The notes under the pieces were generated by a model. That model saw only the letters and a list, made by a program, of their open reading frames with translations. It made no database searches and was not told the origin of the DNA. From the NCBI RefSeq assembly GCF_964355755.1, contig NC_092679.1, forward strand, positions 18,149,432-18,213,431: DNA of 64,000 bases, read 5' to 3'. Each line of letters starts with the position of its first letter. Positions within the stretch are counted from its first letter, which is position 1. A program made the position numbers and the translations under genes. Origin of the DNA: Antedon mediterranea. Lineage: Eukaryota; Animalia; Echinodermata. Positions 39,127 through 51,900 of the stretch are shown here, piece after piece.

Positions 39127-41120
39127 ATTATAAAATATGATTGATATTAAAACTCTTTAACATGTCTACCTCATGACATGAAAATAACAATCAGATGAGT
39201 GCCTTTATGGATTTTTACACTTGAATTAAGAATAAAAAACTGTTTGGCAGTTATAACCACATACATACTAAAGTCTTTAAACTTGCCATTCACTTTTTGA
39301 AGAAATTGACAGAATGATCTTTCTACCAATAAATTTTGATGAATTACTTACTAGTGGATCGTGTATTTGACATTAATTACGCAATGCAGATTTTTTTAAC
39401 TTCAATACAAACAGTGAGAAATTTGAACGATTTAAGTAGAAAATGAGAATGTTTCTCCAGGGAAATGTTTCTGTGATGTGTCAAGAACATTTAAACCCAA
39501 GCTCCAGCTCCAGTTATTTTTACGGGTTGATGCGACACAAAAAGATTGGTTGTACAGGATCCAACTCAAGGCATGCGCTCCAGCAAATACAACCCGTCTT
39601 ATTTTGGATTTGTACATTGATGGATTCATTATACCATTCTGTGAATTTGTTTTATTTAGAGCGCTCCAGATCTAAAAATGCATATTCATAGGAATGTTGC
39701 GTATTGAAAGGACAATGGAAGTGCGATTGTTGTGAATTTAATTTAATATTTTCCAACATTATGGACACAAGTAAAATTTAAAAAGGGTAACATCAATTAG
39801 TCTCCAGCTAAGCAACCCTTTTTTTGCTTTTTGCCACTATTTGAAAAGAAGGGATGAAGAAAAGGTATAAAATGAAGACGTTTTATCTTAATTTTGCAGT
39901 TGTAGTATTGTTTCTTATTTCATATTGTGTCAATGATTTCTGTTTAATAATTTTTGCTAAATATCTTTAGTATCGTAGAAACTTTTATGACAACAAAATC
40001 GGTCAACTTTCAATAGTTGCAATTCCACCTGGGTATGTAAATATTATTGTGGAAGTTCATTCATGATTGTCAAAATTTAATTTCATTCTGGTTTTAATAA
40101 AATATTGTATCACAATTTAATAGAAATGTTGAATCTTATTTTGGTAAAACATAATTTATAGTAAAGTACCAGTGTAAACAGTGAACTGGGTATGTTGTAT
40201 TAGATGCGATTATATTAGCATGCCAATATTTATGTATAACCTCAATAATTTATTAATTTTTTAATATTTATATATCAACATTTCATTATCAGAATTTTAG
40301 TTAATCATCTGTATTTAGATTTATTAATTGATATTAAATACTGTACAATTGTTCTCGAAAATTATAATGGGATACATTTTTACTTTCTATTTTGAAAATG
40401 TAAATGCAATGAATGTAGTAGGATGAATAAGAATTTTAGGAAATCTTAACATTGATTATGTTTCCTGGTTTGGTAGTAAATTGACTAACTGATGTTTAAC
40501 CATGAACATTTAAAATTACATAAAAAATAAACGAATGTGGTTTGTTTGTGAATAGGAAGAGAACCGTAAAATCTATTATAACCTACATATACAATACAGT
40601 GGCCTGCCTAAGACTTCCAATTTGAATAACATATAGGCCTATATTTTTTCTAAGGCTTAGTTTTGAAAAAAAAATTATTTTACAGTTTACAGTGATTATT
40701 AATATTCTTGCCATTTGAATAAAAGTAAGATACTCCTGTATCTTAGATATGCCACTGTGTAGGTGCACATCATGTAGTAGGAAGTCTGTTTCTCTTGTAT
40801 GTTATCACATAACTCTTAAAGAAGATATGAATAGCAACCTTCTTTAGTAAGTCCTATATAGAATATATGTATTCGTTTGGTTGCCTTGCAACAGTTACCA
40901 CTTTCCTTGGAAATTGTATTTTTGTATTTGGCAAGTTTTAAGATACAATTTTCATGTAATAATATTAGATAATATAGACCTAGATTTTTCGTATGCAAAC
41001 AGTATATTTTTGTGGATGTGGGAGATTCTAACATTTGTAACTTTTTAACTATAGAATAATATTCTTTACTCTGTTCTACTATACACATGTAAATTATGGT
41101 AAATCAGTTAATAAATTTTT
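39127..41120 (+). other. Probable 3' UTR of the AHNAK-like gene
   Basis: AU-rich region with several AATAAA (e.g. 39231, 41110). The true end cannot be determined. Confidence 0.4.
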
Positions 41121-42384
41121 GTAATCCAAGTTTAAAGCTCTGTTTCATAAATGCATTTTGTTAGTACTGTAGAATATTTTTAATGATGTGCAAGTTGCAA
41201 TTTGCGACCATTTACACCTATTTTTTTGTGTGTAAATTTTTAACTGGTATGGTTGATTCATTGGTGACATTTGAGGTCATGTAATGTTGAGGTCAAGTTA
41301 AACATTTACATGCCTACAGCTTTACCCACTTCAGTCATGCTGCAATCTTCAAACCATTTCAATTAAGATGAATAAACTATGGAGAAATATTTTCTCGATG
41401 TGTAGACAATCTATTAAATCAATTGATTGTGTTGCGCACAAAATATGAATTTAAATTTTGGATGCAAATGGATAAAATGTAGCATACAATAGCGAATGTA
41501 GGCCTATATATCAAGATTCTGTTCCTGAATCCTATGTCTAAACTGCATAATTAAAAGATGCGAAACGACAGCTGCGAAAATAGTAGCTATACATACCAGC
41601 TCAGATGTTTGTTCAAAGCATGTTCACCAAAAGGTCATTTGACGGTGGCCCCTGGGCCTAGCTATGGTCACATATTAACATAACTGAAACTGGCCATAAA
41701 CTGAAATAAGATGTAATATTTATTGCCCTGAGGCCAAGCAATAACATGTACTTTAAGAATGCCCTTTGACCTTTCAGACTCCTGATAACTTGATTGCACT
41801 TATACTGTAGGCCTAATAAGATTGAAACTTTCCAATTTTGTAAAATGTTTCTGCAATACATTACAGATTGGCTCTTTCCTCTCCCATCCCATCATGTCAG
41901 GTATGTATGTTCACAAATCTGTATAGATATTTCCCATGAAAACAATGCAATGATTGTTCAACCTAGTTTTGCATTGTTTGTGCAATCTTGCCTTTATTAT
42001 TATATCAACTATATCTAAATAATTGTTTCCATTTTACACACTTCAGTGCCCAACTTAAACATCAAGGTGTTCCATTGCACTTAGAAATTGACAGCTTCAA
42101 GGATGATTGAGCAGCAAACTGAAGCAGAATAGAATATATTTATAAAAAGTGGAATACGGGCTAATAAAAATATAAATACATTACTACCTGCTGTATAAAT
42201 CTGAAATTGCCTTTTTTAAAAGTATAATAAAAAAATATGTATTTCAGGCTTAAATTAATTTTACTCGTTATAATAATTATTTGCTTTGTCCTTGGAACGC
42301 CGAGCAGAATGAAAGAATAATTACGCAACAATTTGCACGTGGACAATCGTCATTATTATTCATATTTAAAAAATCAGACGACAA

Positions 42385-42553
42385 TTCGTTCCCGCGCTCG
42401 AACTACTGACCAATCCGCATCAAACATCCATCCAAAATTCCTCCACCACCACCTCCCCCGTCCCACGATACGTGACGTGTGGGGAATGTGGTGGCATACA
42501 GAGGTGGCTCAGCATCGCTTCACGTGCGACGATCGTCGCGTGAAAATGTTATT
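42385..42553 (+). promoter_or_regulatory. CpG-rich promoter-like region and candidate first exon
   Basis: Local CpG/GC peak with CCAAT 42410, TGACGT 42473, CACGTG 42521, and donor att|GTAAGT at 42554. Confidence 0.5.
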
Positions 42554-43042
42554 GTAAGTTTAAATTAAACTAATTTAGTAATTATTGAATTAAAACTTAC
42601 ACATTTCCATTGCTTTTCTGACTTCAAAACATCGGGTAGGTTTATCTACGTATAGCTAGATATCATTAAAACTGTGCAATCGTACAACATCTTACTGTAA
42701 TTTAGGACTAGGCCTAGCCTAGGCCTAAGCTATCTAGGCTAGGGCTAGGCTATCCTACATGCAATCATGGGCAGTCTAATGTGGGTTGAGATTGAAGTAC
42801 CTAGGCTCCCTATACTGTGCAGAACCTCGTTTGAGTATAGGACTAGTTTTATACTGTACTTTATCACCGGACAAGTACTACCATCCAGTCCACAGTAGGC
42901 CTGGCTAAGCCTAGTCTAGTAGGCCTACAACAAAGCATTTCAAAATGATTTTTTTTTATATCATTATATTTTAATGTGAAAATAAAAAACTTTCTTTACA
43001 AGCTTAGAAACGTCTCCTAGCTTTAATATATATTTTTTTCAG

Positions 43043-43175
43043 AATAGGCCTACTGTACTTCCACCATCAACGAGCACATTCACAGGAGAAGAGGAGAATG
43101 CGTAACACCATGCTTTAAATAAGACTTGTTTAGTAACAGTTTTTGTTAGTTCATAAAAAGAACGAAAATGTTAAG
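43043..43175 (+). other. Candidate second exon of a lncRNA, 5'UTR or smORF transcript
   Basis: Strong acceptor tatttttttcag| and donor AAG|GTAACT. Confidence 0.45.
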
Positions 43176-45576
43176 GTAACTTTTTACCTTTTGTTCAATA
43201 TATAGTTGTTTTAAAAAGAAATTCCCAAATTCAATATTTTAGTAAGCAACCATTTAACTCTCAATACATAGTCACTATTTTATTGGTCATATTATAATGC
43301 ATTATAATTATTGAACTTATTGAACTATACATTGTTTATAGAATTTTAACAAATAAGACTTCAGTTGCTTATTACTAACGATACCTTCCCCCACACCCCC
43401 ACCATCTTTTGGTCATAGAGGTTTTCCCAGTGGTTAATTCTTTATAACACTTCGGTGTCTCATTGTTTTATATTTTGCTCTCTTCAAGTTTTTGTTTGTT
43501 TGATCTTTCCCAGTAAAATATTCCTTTTTTTTTATATTTTATATTTTCTGGTACCAAAAACAGGACCGACGCAGCAGTAACACACACACAAAATAAAAAT
43601 AAAATTCTGCAATTAACAATTCATTGTTCTCAGTAAAATATTCCGGTCATTTTTAATATCCCATTTGTATAGATGGATGCAGTTAACAAAATATGAATAA
43701 ACTTGCCAACTCAAATTTTAAAGGGGACCTATTAAAAGGTATCTACTCATCATTTATTACTGCAGTAATATAAACATCTTTCTCACTTGGTAACATCATT
43801 GCATTTCAATCTTGTCATCTGACCATAATTGGTTTGGATTTAATTGGTTTATTGAAAAGTAAATTGAGAATATCAGGCTTATGTTAAATCAAATTATTGA
43901 AAATGAATAGCCCATTTGTTGTAAGCATTGATAATAGAGCCTTGCCAATATTAACCCATCAGCACTAAAACCTTGAATATAAATCACAATTTAAAAATGA
44001 TTATATTATAGTGATACCAAAAAATCTTTTGTAATGCGTGAATTTAACTGAAAAGTAGTTTAACTTTATCCATGATAATAATATAGATGCTTTTTTTTAA
44101 ATGTTTTTACAAATAATTATTTTATTTTCATAAAATGTCGATTGTGCACAGGGCTCCAAAACTATACTACTTTTGAAACATTTATTATATATACTTTTTG
44201 AATTATTTTTTTTTGGTGGAACTAGCATTAAAGCCCTTTGGGTTTATTTATGTTTCTCCAGCATAAGTGCATTCTACTTTTTTTTAAAAAATGTCATGTT
44301 ATTTCACAATGATGTATCTTATGAAAATAAAATTGAATTGAATACTTGATCAAATACTGTGAGTACCATGTAATTGCAAAAACCAAGATATAGCAAAATT
44401 ATAATAGAGTCATCAGTACTATAGTGTAAATATAGTATCAACTTGCGGAACACTGTACTCTATGAAATATTTGCCCTCATTATAAGTATTGTTCGTTAAA
44501 GAATTTGATACAATTTTAAACTTATTTATTTTTGTTTTCAATGTAAATAGAAAGGCAAAAATTCTTTTTTAAAGAACTGATGGCAAAAGAAATAGTAAAA
44601 TACCAACATATTTGTGGTTACAATACCCTTTTTGTGTGAGGTTTAATAGTTGGAAATTTTATGGGAAAAATGCCAATTATTTGTAGCATATCTAAAGGGA
44701 ACCAATCCTCTTGGCATCTCTCAACAAACCAACTCTGTTTGAGTACAAACTTATTAAATTTGGCTATGCTTTTAAATCTTCTTGGGTTGTAAAAATAATA
44801 ATTTATTGATGTTTCACTTGTTATAGTAGCAGCAGTACACTAGTTACAAAATATATATTGCTTGGAAACACATTTGAGCTAGGAACTTCCTTCAACCTCA
44901 TTTTGTATACCCTATCCTAAAGTTTGTCTTCTACTAGATTGATTTATTAAAAAAACCAATCCAAAATGATTTGGCACCAACTATAACTTGTCATCCTCTT
45001 ATGCTCATCCTCTTGCTTGAGCCTTTGTTGGTCAGTGATGTAACTGCTATGAGTGTGATCACTGGCTAAACCCATTCCCCCAGAGAGCAGCACCAATGCA
45101 ACTACCCAGTATTGGAGGGCCTCTTAGTACTGCTAAATCACTGCTAAATCAGGGGATTTTCCCCCTACGTAATGCCTCTGCCTCTGCTGATAAACATAAA
45201 TACTTTGCCAAATTTGTTTTCCATTGAACATAAATGAACACCTCAATTTATCAACAAGCATCATTTACCATCACCACGGCAACTGGATGTAAAGGTATTC
45301 AACTGATTTTCAGCATCCTGTCTCTCTTCCTGTTAGTGTTGAAATCAATAACATAAATAAAAACACATTTTATACACTATTTTCACTAGAATTAATTACT
45401 TTTATTAACCAACTAGATGAGCAAATTCCTCTTCTACCACATCTCTTTCCTAACACCATAAATTTTATGCATTAATCAGGCTTAGATTGTTTAATTGTAC
45501 GCTATTTTATTTTTTATTTCATACACATCCAATAGCAAGTAACAAGATAGATTCACTTTATCAAGCTTATAAGTTT

Positions 45577-46295
45577 CGCCGTGGCTAAAGATACGGTACC
45601 GTATCTTAACCGTTTGCTAAAGGTGCGGTAAAATTGTATTACGTCATAATCAGCCAATGGGGTGCTGGTACGTGTGTGACGCCATCTTATAAGGACTTTG
45701 GATTTTTTTTCATATCGCGAAACAGTGATCAACCAGCGGCTTAACATTTTCTTTATGCTTCATTTATCGCTATTATCGCCGTCGTGTGAAACTAAATGTA
45801 GCCTACGTCTGTTATTATTGAAAGGCCAAAACATGTTGATTTTAATTCTAGAATACAGAAAACCGTTTCAAAAGAGGCCTACTACGTACTATAACCATGC
45901 TATAACCTATAGCCTCAGTATATGAGTTTGTTTGCCAGACTGGGCCAGCTGCATGTGTGCGCTGATTTCTGTGACTCAGCCCTGGGGCTAGGCCTACTGT
46001 CTAAATCATAGTATTTGAGGGCCACTTTATTGTCCGCTTTTGTTTATGGTCACCATCTGTAAACAGAAGTTTAATAAAAAAAATATAGGCCTAAATAGGC
46101 TTAGGCCATTTGAAATAAAAATAAAACCCTCATAGTAACTATGAACGAATTCTGTACAGACTCGATGTGAAAGTCCTTATACGATGACGTCACACACGTA
46201 CCAGCACCCTGGCTGATTATATGTAATGCAATTTTACTGTATCTTTATTATTAAAACGGAAGTTAAGATATGGTACCGTATCTTTAGCCACGGCG
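45577..46295. mobile_element. Mutator/MULE-like non-autonomous element, 719 bp
   Basis: About 120-bp imperfect TIRs starting cgccgtggctaaagatacggtacc. Perfect 9-bp TSD TATAAGTTT (45568-45576, 46296-46304). Confidence 0.9.
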
Positions 46296-47128
46296 TATAA
46301 GTTTGAGGCTTTAAAATAGAGTGAACTGGGAATAATTTCGCTAGTGTAGCATAGCAAAAAGCTATACAAAACAACCTTTTTGCTACAGATTTTTAAAATT
46401 GTGTAGCAAAAAATACAATACAAAACTATGTTTCTGGACTCAAAAATCAGTTTGATTAGCAATATTGCTAAATAAATTTAAAAAATGAAATTGTTCCCTG
46501 GTGAAACAATTATCAACCCTGGCATTAGGTGAGTGTATTGAACCCTGGGCCATTGACATTGGAATTCATGTATGTTAACCACCAAGCTACCACTAAAACA
46601 GTATTGCTACTCTTTTATTTTAGATTTTGAAGGAGGGCTCAACAGTTTAAAGATTATTATTAGAGTCTCTCACAGTGATATTCAACCTTTTCTTTCGCTT
46701 CATACAAATTCCTTACCATTCTCGTTGAAGTGTGTCTTACACAATTTCACAAATCTGTTGTCAATGCTTAACAGAACTATATGACTAACGCTATTGTTGC
46801 TATTGTAGCAGTTATTAAGCTGTAAAAAATGCCTGCAATCTGTGGATCCAAGTTCTTAAGTAAAAGTTCTTAATTTCAACTTTATTTTATTGTCATAAGT
46901 ATAGTCATTGACCAAAATCCATTAACTGCTTTCGTCTTCCTTTATAAACATTTATTTATAAACGCACACTGAAGTACAGTATGATTAAAAATGTTCATCT
47001 GGTTTTTAGATATAAATAAATTGACAAGTCTTTTTGAAAACAAAAAATTTGTCATTCTTCTGAAGAAGCTGTCCTATCAGGGCAGCGAAACTGTCAAGGT
47101 TTGGGTACAAGGAGTTTGAATTGAATTA

Positions 47129-47444
47129 GAGTGAGTGAGTGGCCGAGCAGTTGAGACAGTGGAACCGTAATTACGTAGCCATAACATCGGCAGGGGTTCG
47201 AGGCTCACTCACTCCATGGTTCTGGTGGTAGAACGAGTCTTCTCGGATAAGGACTATAAACCGTAGGTCCAGTGTACACATCTAGCTCGTGTGCACTTTA
47301 AAGAACCTAGTACATCTTTCGAGACGAGTAGTGGGTTACCCCAGTGTATTAGTACATCACAGCCACTGATCATCAACTGGGCCCTCTGGGAGACCAGTCT
47401 TTGACTGAAGAGGTTACCCAGTATAAATATATATTTCAATCAAT
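47129..47444 (+). mobile_element. tRNA-derived SINE with Deu/Nin-like core, copy 1
   Basis: A box TGGCCGAGCAG, B box GGTTCGAGGC. Core tcggataaggactataaaccgtaggtcc...taaagaacc...ttcgagacgagtag resembles the AmnSINE1/DeuSINE domain (recognised from memory). Near-identical to 59401 over about 230 bp. Confidence 0.8.
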
Positions 47445-48144
47445 TCGCTAATTTTTGGTTTTGAAAAAGAATTCATTTGCTGATTTTGTTCACAAAATTC
47501 CTTTTTTCATTTTCTCTCCTTGGGGAAAAATTATATTAAAAGTTTCTGATTTTCAATTTGTGAAAGTAGAAGTTATCCATTCAATGTGAATGTGAACTCT
47601 GAATATATTGATTACTTACACAAAATATTCAATATAAATCAAGAAAGGCAGCTCTCTGTCAAAAAACACAAAATATTGTTAGTGTAAATTTGTCTCATGC
47701 CGTTAAGTCAATATAAATAAGCTATACGAGAATGACATCTTAGCATGAGCCAATCAAGTGATAGAATTTTGATCCTTTCAATTGCTTTGATGTTATCTGT
47801 TATCGGAATCATTTGATGTGTAATATTATTATTAGGGGAAATTTTCACCCTAGAAAACTACTAGAAAAAAAGTACAGATTGTAAAAAGACATCTTTGTTT
47901 AGGATGGTTGATTTAACTTTTAATTTACTTGCTTACAAAACCAAGGTCATTGGTTCAAATCCTGGTTCTGACTCAGTAGCTAGACAACTTAATAACCAAT
48001 AGAAAACATGATATATGATCCAGAATCTTTTCTCATCATATTAAAAAATTGATGTGAAATAAAAATATAATGACATAATGACGTATTTTGATTTGGGTCT
48101 TAAGAAATGAATCTTCCAAGAATTAAATGTCTGTATTCGTCTGA

Positions 48145-48303
48145 AGCTCTGTTTACACTATCAAACTAGTTTGACAAAAAAAGTGTGTATCCAAATATGG
48201 TAGTAATATGCCCAAATATGGTAGTGATATGACATATTCATCATGTCCATATGGGTGCATCACATTTTTTTGTCACATAAACTTTGATAGTGTAGACAGA
48301 GCT
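48145..48303. mobile_element. Tourist/Harbinger-like MITE family A, copy 1
   Basis: TIR agctctgt(c/t)tacactatcaaa...tttgatagtgtagacagagct, flanks TGA/TTA. Confidence 0.85.
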
Positions 48304-48623
48304 TTATTAAAAGTAACCAGTTTCAATGTAAACACTGGCATCACATAGGACCTTAATTACTAAATCAAGCGTAACAGGCACTAATCAAGGATCGATACCT
48401 ATCAAATTAACACAGTACAAATTAAAATTCCTTCTAACCAATGCAGCTGAAAATGATATCATTATCAATTTGTAACCTAGTCACTTATCAATGGAATACA
48501 TTCTTCCGATTTAAAATTTTAATATATATAAGTAAGATTTACATAATTAATTGTTTGAAATGTAAATTAAGAATACAAATCAAATGATAAAATTAATATT
48601 ATACTGTATTATTATATAAAGCA

Positions 48624-48930
48624 ATTATCTTAGTGATAAAATCAGAAAAAGTTTCAATATCAATATTTAAAATGTATGTAAGTTAAATTTGTGTTATTTT
48701 GTATATCAGAAGGGCTAAATCAATTTCAGGGCATTAAGATTTATGTAAGTTAAGATTGTGTTAATTATCTTAGTGATAAGATCAGACAGAAGTTCCAATA
48801 TCATATTTAAAATTAAGTTAATTTTGTGTTATTTTATATAAGGTTTAATCAATTTCAGGGTATTAAGATTTATGTAAGTTAAGCTTGTGTTATATTTTAT
48901 ATCATACAGTAAGTTGCAAATCAATTTTTT
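48624..48930. repeat. ~140-bp tandem duplication
   Basis: aattatcttagtgataa...aatcaatttcaggg(c/t)attaagatttatgtaagttaag occurs twice plus a partial copy. Confidence 0.8.
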
Positions 48931-51900
48931 GTAATGGTATAGATTAAAGTCGTTAATGTTAGTTAGAGATTTCCACGTCGTCCTATCCCTTACTAAAATC
49001 ATCTATTTTCTGTAGAGTCTAGACCAGTCCCCAGCCAAATTTGTAAATGCCTTCCCACCAAAACTAACTTTCTCTAATCAGGGAGATTACCACCTATCTG
49101 ATAGGACAGTGATTTATTTACTATTGGGTAATCCTTGGCCACATCTGCATGTAGACATAAAATTGAAAAAAAAATAATGCTATTAAATCCAACAATCATA
49201 CAGTTATTTTTAGAAATGACAGTATTTGTTTTAAAAAAACAACAATAAGCCATGTAAAGTTTTAAAACCAGAATTAGATTATTTAGGATTATTAAACCCA
49301 TTGCCTGTTATAAAAAGAACAACATACCATAATGTTTTTATTTAGTGCTATATTTTATGAAAATGTTTTCTACCGAAGATTTATAAGACTGGGGTTAGTT
49401 ACTATCTAGGTTCAACATAACATGTGATTAATGTTAGAGAATGTGTTTTTTGACAAGTGGCTTTATCAAGTTAGGATGATATAAGGAATCTTAAAATAAA
49501 CAGGCTTCATATCATTAATCATTAAAACTTCAACAGTTTCAACCGATAGTTGCCAGGATATACATGAATTTTCAAATACATTTTAATAATTTGTGTCACA
49601 TTCACTTCAGTTTCATAAAGTGCTTAATAATAATATGAAAACACTGAAATTATTGGTCAAATTTTTTATTTTAATACATTTTTTTACATATATTCATATA
49701 GGCCTATTCTTACGATTTTTAACTTGTATTGTTAAATGTTACAGTTTCAGCCTTCCAGCTATCTGTGGCATTGTTTTTTGACAAATAAATAGAACCTGCA
49801 ATATTAAATTAAAATCCTGTAATGAAATATGAGTACTGATAATACTAATAGCAAGGCAAAGATAGTATTTACCTGTTTTTGTAATAGAATCCATTTTCAG
49901 GAGACACTTTCATGACCAAAGTTTCCCTTTAATAGGGGTGTCCCCTGAAAGAGAGTGGCTGTTTAGTGTTAAAACATTATTTCTCCTGTTTGCGTTTTTT
50001 TTGTCTTGTTTGTTTCTCTTAATTTCCACTCTTATACAAATATCCATTATATTTGCATAGGCATACCCAGCACAAGATTTCCTCATCTACTCGGGATTAT
50101 GCCTTCCTCCATAGCCAATTTTCTTAAATTCTCTTTTCTTTCGTATATATCCAAGAATCATCTATTTCATTTTTTATATACCTTACCATTTCTGTTTTTT
50201 ATTAGGTGATCATTTAGAATTCTAAATGATCACCTATTGTTATTGTATGAAATCTTTATTTTTTTTCTTTTTATTGTTTCTGTACACTATTTTGTGTAAC
50301 AATTATCTTTTTGTATTGTATTGCTATGGAGGAAAATAAATGTCAATTGAATTTCATTTCATAGGAATTTATCCCCTTAATATGGGTGCCCCCCTGGGGT
50401 ATCGAAGAAGGTAATGTTAATACCTGAATACTAAAGTAAAAAAAACAAAACAAATAAGAACATCATTTTGAGGTTGACAATACAATTGATTAATTAACCC
50501 AATATATTTTATTTGCATTAAAAAAAATGTAGTAGATGAATTGGAAGCTTAGCTACTCAGTAAATTGAAAAATATTGACAATGAACAATAATAATATTTC
50601 ATTTTGAAATTGCATCTGTTAGTTATTTTTAAACTACTACTAACTATAGTACTGTAGTAGATAATAACAAGATGCAGATTCTACCTGAGTTTGTTACCTG
50701 ATGCTATCTACACATTAGAGGGGAGTCCAGTAGCTGAAGAGCCATTCAGGGTACTTCTCAAAAATGTGATTATGGATTAAAACAAACTTTTGACAAGTTT
50801 TTTAAATCTAAATAATAAAATACTGACTTTCGCCTATTTAATAGTTGATATCATTTGGATGGACACAAACTTGGAACTTGTTTTATTAAGACATAGGTTA
50901 ATACCAACATGGGTCACTCTGTAGGCCTATTGTATGCACAGTATTATTTGTTTTATTACAATTAATACATGGTGGATTTTTAGGGTAAAACTGACAAAAT
51001 AAAAATCCCAGAAAATGTACCAGTTCTTTCAATCAAGGTGAAACTGACTCAAAAAAGTAAAATAAAAAATTACCAGTTCTTATAATAAAAAAGAAAGTTT
51101 GAGGTTTAAGAAGGCGTGGCACATAACATGCTAACTTTATATAGTTCAAATTCCTTATAATCTGCAATACTAAAGCCCCATTATTTGTTCAAACTCCTAT
51201 GTATTCTGCAATATCAATGTCCCATTATTTAATAATTAAAAATTCGTCCAGTTGATAAAGCTATGATAATATTATAAATTATTGCGAAAATATCTAGATT
51301 TATATATAAAGAATTTAAAAAATGTTACGCATACAAATTTGTGTTGTCAACAATTCAATTTGGAATTGAAATAGAAATGAATCATTGGTATTTTAAATCT
51401 ATAAATAGTGTTTAAAACCACTATTACAACATAACAAGTACTTAGGTAAGGTTCAGTAGATTTGAATAAGTTTTACTTGTGTACAGTATTTTGTTGAAAT
51501 GCTTATTGTGCATTTTAAAACCTTTTTAATAGCCACAAAAAACGCTTCTACCATAAATTGTTTTGCAAACTTGTCAATAATGCAAAGTAGGTTGACAAAA
51601 TAAGATAATAATGATAAAGTAATAATTCTATCTTTTATTTAAGATTTTTTATACTACGCCAATTTCTCTCATGATATTATTGTTAAAGCTTGTTTCCCAA
51701 GACTCAATGAAAAATTTGGAGACTAATCAAGATGCGATGGATAATTTCCAAAATTGTGCTTGCATTGCTTGTACTACTTGCTCCTGCTTTGCGTCCTTCC
51801 ATGGTAACTGTTCAGACGTGCTCTAAACTTAAACCTTAACATTATTATTAAAATTCATCGAAAAATAATGAAATCCTTTCCAGATACCTAAATAAAAGAT

